Shown here piece by piece: positions 9,036 to 16,332 of a stretch of 16,609 bases of DNA; position 1 is the first letter of the stretch, and each line of letters begins with the position of its first letter. Source of the DNA: Promethearchaeota archaeon (GTDB lineage: Archaea; Asgardarchaeota; Lokiarchaeia; Sigyniarchaeales; SOKP01); assembly GCA_048938445.1 (NCBI GenBank), contig JBHLME010000088.1:2162-18770 (forward strand). The letters run 5' to 3'. The notes under the pieces were generated by a model that saw only the letters and a program-made list of their open reading frames with translations, searched no databases and was not told the DNA's origin. The position numbers and the translations under genes are program-made.

Positions 9036-9944
9036 ATGGATACTAAGAGGATGAAACCTTCACAGTTAGAGAAGATTGCTATAAACTTGTTAAAATTGGC
9101 AGCAACAGTTTTACCCCAGGATGTCAAGAAAGGCATAGAGCAAGCCATTAAAAATGAGACTAATGCTACAGCAAGGAATCAATTAGAAAATATTCTTGAA
9201 AACGTTAAACTTGCTAAAGACCTATCAATTCCAATTTGTCAAGATACAGGAATTCAAACATTTTATATAACTGTAGGATCGAAATTTCCTCTTCTTGACC
9301 AAGTATCCATAATTCTTGAAAATGCGATTCGAAAAGCAACTAAAGAAATCCCCCTACGACCGAATACCGTAGATCCCCTTTTAAATCACAATCCGGGTGA
9401 TAACATGGGTCATTATTTTCCTATAATTCATTGGAAAATAGTTAAAGGTTCTGACTTGGAATTAACGGTAATTCCTAAAGGTGGGGGGTCAGAGAATATG
9501 TGTAAATTAGCAATGCTTAATCCAAGTGAAGGAATCATAGGGATGAAAAAGTTCGTGATTGATTCTATTATTGAGGCTGGAGCAAAACCGTGTCCACCAA
9601 CTATTCTTGGAATTGGTATTGGTGGAGGAGCAGACACTAGCATTGATATGGCAAAAGAGCAGCTTTTCAGACCCGTAGGACAAAGACATCCTAATAATAA
9701 AATAGCTGAATTAGAAATGGAATTATTAAATACCTTAAATCAAACGGGAATTGGTCCTATGGGTTTGGGCGGAGATACTACTGTCTTGGATGTTCATATT
9801 GAAGTAGCCATGCGTCATCCAGCTTCTTTTCCAGTAGGACTTGCAATACAATGTTGGGCAGCACGGAGAGCCTCAGCAATAATTACTCAAGACGGTAAAG
9901 TTACTTATACATCGCATGAGGTGATAGAAAATAGCAATCCATAA
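9036..9944 (+). CDS. Class I Fe-S fumarate hydratase / tartrate dehydratase family, alpha subunit
   Basis: PICQDTG, PLRPN, PKGGGSEN, KPCPP, GIGPMGLGG, HPAS and QCWAAR, which supply three Fe-S cysteines. Confidence 0.95.
   Translation: MDTKRMKPSQLEKIAINLLKLAATVLPQDVKKGIEQAIKNETNATARNQLENILENVKLAKDLSIPICQDTGIQTFYITVGSKFPLLDQVSIILENAIRKATKEIPLRPNTVDPLLNHNPGDNMGHYFPIIHWKIVKGSDLELTVIPKGGGSENMCKLAMLNPSEGIIGMKKFVIDSIIEAGAKPCPPTILGIGIGGGADTSIDMAKEQLFRPVGQRHPNNKIAELEMELLNTLNQTGIGPMGLGGDTTVLDVHIEVAMRHPASFPVGLAIQCWAARRASAIITQDGKVTYTSHEVIENSNP
9918..9925 (+). promoter_or_regulatory. Strong archaeal Shine-Dalgarno GAGGTGAT for the beta subunit
   Basis: GAGGTGAT is complementary to the archaeal 16S 3' tail and lies 5 nt before ATA 9931. 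Confidence 0.75.
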
Positions 9945-10530
9945 ATTAACAACTCCACTTTCTGAAGAAATTATAAGAAAATTACATATAAAGGATATTG
10001 TATATTTATCAGGAACTATATTTACTGCTCGGGACAAAGCACATGAGCGAGCTCTGAAATGGCTTGAACAAGGAAAGGAATTACCAATAGATCTTTCTGG
10101 AGCGGTTGTTTTTCATTGCGGACCTCTTGTTAAGAAGGTAGAAGAAAATTGGGAATTAGTTGCGGCAGGCCCAACCACGAGTGCTCGAATGGAACCTTTT
10201 GAAGACAAATTTATAAATGCTTTTAAAGTCCGAATGATCATTGGAAAGGGAGGGATGGGACCAAAAACTGTTAATGCTATGAAAGAGGTTGGTTCCGTGT
10301 ATAGTATTTTCACAGGTGGTGCTGCAGTGTTAGCAGCAAAAGCAGTTAAAAACATAAAGAGAGTAGAATGGCTCGATCTAGGAATGGCAGAAGCTCTATG
10401 GATGATGGATGTAGAAAAATTTGGACCTCTCATAATAGCTATAGACTCTACAGGTAAAAATCTTTTTGAAGAAGTAATGAATAAAGTAGAAATTAATCGT
10501 AAAAAATTATATAAGATGTTGGGTTTTTAA
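9931..10530 (+). CDS. Class I Fe-S fumarate hydratase / tartrate dehydratase family, beta subunit (199 aa, apparent ATA start)
   Basis: The frame is open from 9928: (I/M)AIHKLTTPLSEEIIRKLHIKDIVYLSGTIFTARDKAHER...FHCGP...AAGPTTSARMEPF...IGKGG...WLDLGMAEA. The track ORF 10189..10530 is only the C-terminal part. Confidence 0.9.
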   Translation: MAIHKLTTPLSEEIIRKLHIKDIVYLSGTIFTARDKAHERALKWLEQGKELPIDLSGAVVFHCGPLVKKVEENWELVAAGPTTSARMEPFEDKFINAFKVRMIIGKGGMGPKTVNAMKEVGSVYSIFTGGAAVLAAKAVKNIKRVEWLDLGMAEALWMMDVEKFGPLIIAIDSTGKNLFEEVMNKVEINRKKLYKMLGF

Positions 10531-10636
10531 TGAGATAAACTTATCTTTTCATTGTATGGCTTTTTTATAACCCGACACCTAATTCTAATTCTCGATTTAA
10601 CATTAATTTTATACATCATAAAACATTTTAACATTG

Positions 10637-11572
10637 ATGAAAATTAGTGGAAAAACTCAAGCATATATTATCATAATTATTGCTGTTTTTACTTGGTCCT
10701 TTGCTGAAATCATAGTTAAGTTGATTGGAACGGGAGTTGGAGCATTATCATTATCATTTTTTAGATTCTTTATAGGTGGATTATTTTTATTATCTCTGTT
10801 AATAATTAAGAAAGATTTGACAGGAATTATAAAAATGATAAAGAATAATTGGATTTTATTTTTGATTAGCAGTTGTTTTGCGCTTGGAATTTCAAATATC
10901 ATTTATTTTGTTGGAATAAATAATACACAAGCTAATATTGGAGCTACAATATATACTTCCTATCCAATCTGGATTTCAATATATTCAATTTTTATCTTAA
11001 ATGAGAGATTAAATCTTAAATTAAAATTCATGGGAATTTTTATAGGATTAATCGGAGTAATGATATTATTAACAAATCTTAATTTTTTAGATATTTTATC
11101 TGTGGAAAATCTCATAGGGAACTTGCTCGTGTTAACAGGATCAATTATCTGGGGATTATATTCTGTATTAGGTAAAAAAATTCAATTAAAGGAACAAGAA
11201 ACAACAAATCATGATTTAAAATTTACCCTCGTTTCATTATTCTTCGCATCTTTACCCATATTCTTAATCCTTGTTTTTACTCCAGAATTTAATACATTTT
11301 TGATATATGATTTTAACTCTTGGTATTTGATTCTTTTTCTGGGAATAATTTCAACAGGTTTAGGTATCTACTTGTTTTTTATTGGTTTGAAACATATTGA
11401 AGTATCAAAGGGTATTTCTTTAGCTTTTTTAAAACCAATATTTGCGACAGTTTTAGCTTTCTTTTTATTAATTGAGCTTCCTACAATTTCGTTGTTCATA
11501 TCGATTCCTTTAGTTATAATTTCGATAATTTTAATAAATAAGACACCTAAATCTAATTCTACTGATAATTAG
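10637..11572 (+). CDS. EamA/DMT family transporter
   Basis: About ten TM helices in two EamA repeats (FFRF, YPIW...ILNERL, WGLYSVLGKK, FLKPIFATVLAF). ATG 10637 directly follows TTG 10634. Confidence 0.92.
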   Translation: MKISGKTQAYIIIIIAVFTWSFAEIIVKLIGTGVGALSLSFFRFFIGGLFLLSLLIIKKDLTGIIKMIKNNWILFLISSCFALGISNIIYFVGINNTQANIGATIYTSYPIWISIYSIFILNERLNLKLKFMGIFIGLIGVMILLTNLNFLDILSVENLIGNLLVLTGSIIWGLYSVLGKKIQLKEQETTNHDLKFTLVSLFFASLPIFLILVFTPEFNTFLIYDFNSWYLILFLGIISTGLGIYLFFIGLKHIEVSKGISLAFLKPIFATVLAFFLLIELPTISLFISIPLVIISIILINKTPKSNSTDN

Positions 11573-11668
11573 TGATCATATAATATTCAATTAAGACGGT
11601 ATATGTAATATCTACATAACATCTTGATATTATTATTATTTAAAAAATATGCATGAGAATAAGATGAT

Positions 11669-11827
11669 ATGAATATTACAATCAAAGATATAAAAGAAGG
11701 AAGATATGATTTGTTCCTGCCCCAGCTTTACAATAAGTTAAATGTGGCAATCTCAGAACTAAACACCCAATCAATCATTAAACTCTCAAAAATCATTACG
11801 AAGTGTCATATTAGGGGTAATTTATAG
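11669..11827 (+). CDS. Putative 52-aa small protein (not in the ORF track)
   Basis: My translation is MNITIKDIKEGRYDLFLPQLYNKLNVAISELNTQSIIKLSKIITKCHIRGNL*. It has an amphipathic helical look, fills an otherwise empty gap, and has a TATA-like TTTAAAAA at 11639-11646. Confidence 0.45.
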   Translation: MNITIKDIKEGRYDLFLPQLYNKLNVAISELNTQSIIKLSKIITKCHIRGNL

Positions 11828-11984
11828 GTTTATATGACTATTAATACCTTTGTAATTTTAATTATATATTTAAATCATTTTAGTTCGTTTCAGTATAAAG
11901 AAAAAAGGTTTTTTTATTCGAAATTTTTAAACAAATTCTTATTCTTATCACTTAAGTATAAGATAATTTTTACATGATAAGAAG

Positions 11985-12245
11985 ATGATAAACAACTTAA
12001 ACTCTGCTGATTACAATAAGATTTTTGAAGACTCAATAAAAGAAGATTTACTATGGCACTTAGCTGAAATTAATGAGATGTTAGGGTCTAAAAAAAATAA
12101 TTTATCAAAGCAAGATATAAAAATAGGGACACAAATAATAAGCACGTTGACAAATAACTTTGATTACATGGATAATGATGAGTTAATCATGCAATTTGCT
12201 AAAACAATAGATAATATTAAAGTAGAATATCCTGAATTGTTTTAA
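11985..12245 (+). CDS. Hypothetical 86-aa acidic helical protein
   Basis: Clean ATG..TAA ORF with protein-like composition, on the same strand as its neighbours. No recognisable motif. Confidence 0.7.
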   Translation: MINNLNSADYNKIFEDSIKEDLLWHLAEINEMLGSKKNNLSKQDIKIGTQIISTLTNNFDYMDNDELIMQFAKTIDNIKVEYPELF

Positions 12246-12472
12246 AATCGCTTATTTGTTATGTTTTCTTAATTTTCTAATTCAATTTAATTAATAGCTT
12301 TAAAATTATTATTAGATAAAAATTATAGAACGCTAGATTTTAATTGCTTTATTGATATTTATTCCACTTTTTTAATAAACTACATTAGAATCTTAAAAGA
12401 GATAATATAAATATTAATATCCTTATTCTTTATATTAAGAAAAATTATTTTTTATTCTAATATGAGATCACT

Positions 12473-14230
12473 ATGACAGAGAATGAAAATCTTAAAGATA
12501 AGGAAGGAGATAAAGTGGAATCTAATGAATCACCTTCACAAATGAGTAATAATAGAAATCGTATAATATATTCTTTTAAGAAATTTATTAATTTTGCTCA
12601 CGTAAATTTGAATAAGGATATTGAGATTACTAAAAAGCAATTTATTACACTCTTTCTTATCTTTTTTAGCAGTATATCTATAGTCGTGTCGGATATTTAT
12701 CTTACATTTGATACTGGTGGAATTAAATGGATAAATCTTTCAGTTTTATTATTTTTTGGGATTGGATTTTTTTTAGGATTAATTATAGGTGGTATATTAT
12801 TAGATAAAATAAAAGGACGGAAATATCCTGCTCTATTTATAGTGCTTTTTTTTTCAATTCTTTTAAATGTTTTGCATGTTATATTATTTCGAAGGAATTT
12901 CTTTTTTCCTGGATTATTTTTCTTAGGTAGTTCTTTTCTTTCTGGGTTTTTATTTATGTTTTTTATAATCTTTTTTTTAGATTTTACAACCATATTAGAA
13001 AGAGGACGGATTTTTTCTTATCTCATTATTACTCTCGCTATTAGCTTATTGACATTGGTATTATTACTCATTTTAAATGAAATATTTTTATTATTGCCTT
13101 CTATTATTATTGGAGCATCCATATTTTATTTTTATCAATACAAGGAAAAAGAAGAACCTTACCGGTTAAAGAAAACAGAAGGAAGTCCACGAGAAGTGAA
13201 TATAAGGATCATACAATACATAATTATATTTGCTATAATCGGACTTACAATAGGTTTAATTTTTCCCTATGAAGAAATTTCCAGTTTAAGTATTGAAGAT
13301 TTCTCAGACATTAAGTTAATTATTGTAGGATTTCTCGCAATATCATTTGCATTTATAACAGCAATTATAGTTGGTTTTATTTTTGATTTTTTTGGAAGAA
13401 AAGCTTCTTTAACAAATATAATACTTATAGTAGCTATTTCAAACTTTCTGGGATTATTTGATATAATATTAAAATATTTTGATATAGCGATAATATTAAT
13501 TGCTGTCTTAGCGGTTGTAATGGCAATACCATTGATAATGAATGAAATAGCTTTAAAAAAGGATTTAGGAAAAGTAATAGGAATTACTTACACTATAACT
13601 CTTGTTTTTATCGCTACAGGATATGTCATACATTGGATAATTTTACAAAATCCCGCATTAATAACGGAACAAGAAATAAGGGCCGCAGAATTATACCTTA
13701 TCGGATTAATTAGTTTTAGTCTAATCATAATCTTGTTTTTTCTATCAAATACAAAAGAAATAATTAGTTTTAAGGAGCAAAATTGGCCTGAAGATTTACT
13801 ACGGTTATATGTCATTCACGAATCTGGATTATTGCTCTATGAATATGCTTTTACAAATGTTGAAAAGGATCTAACTGATTCGGATTTAGTTAGTGGAGGA
13901 TTTATTGGCCTTATTTCGATGTTAGAAGAAATAACTAAGGAAACACAACACCTAAGAATTATTGACCATGGAGGAAAGAAAATTTTATTTGGATACAGTA
14001 GTAATAAATCAGTAATTTTCGCTCTTGTTTTATTAGATGATTTGCGTGTATTAAGGCATAAATTAGACTATTTTATTAATGATCTTGAGGAACAGTTTCC
14101 TATAGATAAAGATTTATCTGGAGTTGATGTTGGACTATGGAAGAAACGAATTGATCCAATACTAGATAAACATTTCAAGCGTAAATACCTGGATATAATT
14201 CCCGATTATTTCTCAATTAATTTAAAATAA
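12473..14230 (+). CDS. MFS-like multi-pass membrane protein fused to a C-terminal longin-like domain
   Basis: About 12 hydrophobic segments. Two MFS motif-A-like loops (GGILLDKIKGRK, GFIFDFFGRK) plus ERGR. The soluble tail from ~13781 (LYVIHESGLLLYEYAF...DLVSGGFIGLISMLEEI...IIDHGGKKILF...LRHKLDYFINDLEEQF) fits the beta-beta-alpha-beta-beta-beta-alpha-alpha longin pattern. Confidence 0.8.
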   Translation: MTENENLKDKEGDKVESNESPSQMSNNRNRIIYSFKKFINFAHVNLNKDIEITKKQFITLFLIFFSSISIVVSDIYLTFDTGGIKWINLSVLLFFGIGFFLGLIIGGILLDKIKGRKYPALFIVLFFSILLNVLHVILFRRNFFFPGLFFLGSSFLSGFLFMFFIIFFLDFTTILERGRIFSYLIITLAISLLTLVLLLILNEIFLLLPSIIIGASIFYFYQYKEKEEPYRLKKTEGSPREVNIRIIQYIIIFAIIGLTIGLIFPYEEISSLSIEDFSDIKLIIVGFLAISFAFITAIIVGFIFDFFGRKASLTNIILIVAISNFLGLFDIILKYFDIAIILIAVLAVVMAIPLIMNEIALKKDLGKVIGITYTITLVFIATGYVIHWIILQNPALITEQEIRAAELYLIGLISFSLIIILFFLSNTKEIISFKEQNWPEDLLRLYVIHESGLLLYEYAFTNVEKDLTDSDLVSGGFIGLISMLEEITKETQHLRIIDHGGKKILFGYSSNKSVIFALVLLDDLRVLRHKLDYFINDLEEQFPIDKDLSGVDVGLWKKRIDPILDKHFKRKYLDIIPDYFSINLK

Positions 14231-14267
14231 AAGATAAATAAAATAATTAAAATTTCGTGATTTTAAT

Positions 14268-15353
14268 TTGGAAAGAATTATTGTTGTTCACTGGAATAAA
14301 AATACAGGTCCAGAACCAATAATTCAATATCCTCCAAAAGAAGATTTTCCATCAACTGATTTATTTGTAAAATTATGGACAATACATGAATTAAATAAAG
14401 AACGATCAATGTTGGAGTATGTACCTGAGGGTGATAATTGGTATATTTCAGTACCTCAAAAATATGCTGGAGAATTATATTTCTTAGTCCTTGCTTATGG
14501 TAAAAATCATGATTTAGAAAATATTATAGATTTTGATATTTTGTCAACAATGGCCGGGAACTTGATAAAATCAATTAATACAGATAAAATTACGAGATCA
14601 ATCTTTGAAACTTTCAACTTGATTAAAGATTACACTAAGTTAGACCAAGAAGAAAATTTAATGACTTATTTTCAAGATAAATTAAAAATCACGATATTAC
14701 AAATTTTGCGAAATGGTGTAATTTCAAAATCAGAATTAGCTAAGATTTTAACGGAAGACTATGGTTTTTCTACTTTAAATATTGATTTATTATTAACAAC
14801 TTTCATTAGAGATAACTTGATTATAAAAAAATCAGTTCCAGGTAGCAGAGAATGTTATTTTTTAATAAAAGATATTTCTTTTCTCCAGATCCCTCCAAAA
14901 AAGAAACCAGCTTTTTCAGATAATCAAGAAGAAGAATATCTAAATTCTTATAGAGATCAAATTACAAAGTTCTATTCGAATTTCGAGGGAGTATCTGAAA
15001 TGGAAAATAAAAAAGTTATTAATTTAATGGTTAACAATCACGATATTTTTATGTTACTAAAATCTTTAAGAAAAAAAGTATTAACAGTCGCAGAGTGCTT
15101 GACAATTTTAAATAACGATGAGGACTTATTCTATGAAGTGCTCGAGAGTGAATTTATTCACGAAAGTAAAGGTTTAGTTTATCTCATTTTAGACCTAAGA
15201 TTTGTCTCCTTCACGCCTTTTTATATAATAAAGAAATTAATAAAGAGATATAATAATGAAGAAATTTCATTAGACGAATATTTGATCCACTTGGAATTAT
15301 TATCCAAGCAGTATATTGAAAAATCAGGCTCTATAGGTTATGAAATAATTTAA
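14268..15353 (+). CDS. Longin/uDENN-like N-terminal domain plus two putative winged-helix domains (NPRL2-like architecture)
   Basis: The N-terminus [19 protein letters not shown] matches the uDENN-type aromatic-x4-GP...YP opening. wHTH-like segments are [21 protein letters not shown]...[14 protein letters not shown] and [19 protein letters not shown]. The TTG start has GTGAT 6 nt upstream and an in-frame stop at 14244. The CDS is secure; the domain call is moderate. Confidence 0.65.
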   Translation: [361 protein letters not shown]

Positions 15354-15381
15354 ATCGTCAAATAAACAATTATAAATTAAC

Positions 15382-15948
15382 ATGTATGAACAATTCACAC
15401 TCAAGGATGGAAGGATAGTTACTATTAGGAGGCTTGACATACAAGATTATGAAATTAATGATAATTATGAATTTGTACATGCTTGGATAGGTAAAATTAG
15501 CAAGTATCTTGGTCGTGATTTCAATCCCAAAAATTTGGAAGAAGATAAAAAGTTTTTTTATAATTCATTAGCTAATAAGGATGCAAATATAACCATTGGG
15601 GCGATACATGAGGGAAAAATCATTGCAACTTCGAGCTTGATGATCAATCATTTAAATGAAAAAATGAGGCATGTCGGAGAATGGGGTATTGTAGTTCATC
15701 CTGATTTTCAAAATCAGGGATTAGGCACTAAAATACTCCTCTTGATTGAAAGAATCGCTAAAGATAAAGGTTTGATAAGGCTTGAAGCCGAATTTTTTGA
15801 AGGAAATACTATTGCAGAAAAACTTTATACTGAAAAATTGAATTATAGTGTTGAGGGAAGGCGAAAATATAAAGCGAAATTAAAAAATGGGCAATTTGTT
15901 GATTCAATCTTGATAGGAAAAATAATAAACAATTCTTTAAAGGATTAA
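15382..15948 (+). CDS. GNAT family N-acetyltransferase
   Basis: Acetyl-CoA motif A (VVHPDFQNQGLGTKIL), motif B (NTIAEKLY..KLNY.VEG), and RHVGEWGI. Confidence 0.92.
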   Translation: MYEQFTLKDGRIVTIRRLDIQDYEINDNYEFVHAWIGKISKYLGRDFNPKNLEEDKKFFYNSLANKDANITIGAIHEGKIIATSSLMINHLNEKMRHVGEWGIVVHPDFQNQGLGTKILLLIERIAKDKGLIRLEAEFFEGNTIAEKLYTEKLNYSVEGRRKYKAKLKNGQFVDSILIGKIINNSLKD

Positions 15949-16276
15949 CAAATTGATATATATTTACCTTTCTTTCAAGATTAAATTATTAAATAATGTA
16001 AAACGCCAGGATTTTGGGGAGGGAAAGAAGATAAATTTAGGGAGATTCAAATTTGATACTTTTTTTAGAATGTTTCACTTCTCTATGATTAATGCAGACT
16101 GTATTGATGAGATAAATTATTCCCAATGGCAGATCTTAACAAGTCTTGAATCATTCATTGAGATGCTGTATCATTTCTAAATTTTTAAATAGTAAAATAT
16201 CATTTAGAATGTTTTTTTTAAATTAATTGAATTTTTACAAAAATGTAAAGGCTTAAATATTCTTTAAAATTACATT

Positions 16277-16305
16277 TTAATTACTTAGGAATCCTATGTA
16301 ATTAA
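16277..16305. promoter_or_regulatory. 29-bp imperfect palindrome, putative operator
   Basis: TTAATTACTTAGGA-A-TCCTATGTAATTAA has 14-bp arms, one mismatch and a 1-nt spacer. It ends 27 nt before ATG 16333. Confidence 0.6.
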
Positions 16306-16321
16306 TTGATAAATAAAAAAA

Positions 16322-16327
16322 GAGGTG
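16322..16327 (+). promoter_or_regulatory. Shine-Dalgarno GAGGTG
   Basis: Lies 5 nt before ATG 16333. Confidence 0.75.
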
Positions 16328-16332
16328 TTTAA

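Noticed and set aside
9916-9927. In-frame ATG 9916 with selenocysteine/pyrrolysine readthrough as the beta-subunit start
   Set aside because: It would need two consecutive stops (TGA TAG) to be read through at a non-catalytic N-terminal position. These bases are better explained as the SD sequence.
10189-10191. ATG 10189 as the beta-subunit start
   Set aside because: It falls inside the conserved GPTTSARM motif and would remove 86 conserved residues.
10533-10546. AGATAA-AC-TTATCT hairpin after the beta-subunit stop as a terminator
   Set aside because: The stem is short and AT-rich with a 2-nt loop, and archaeal termination generally relies on U-tracts.
9428-13815. Short minus-strand track ORFs 9428..9643, 9507..9689, 10113..10433, 10657..10902, 12697..12993 and 13588..13815
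   Set aside because: They are antisense to the fumarase, EamA and MFS-longin genes, and their composition mirrors the sense codon bias.
15953-16180. 75-aa track ORF as a confident CDS
   Set aside because: It has a TTG start without SD, a low-complexity N-terminus and no family signal. It is kept only as a low-interest finding.
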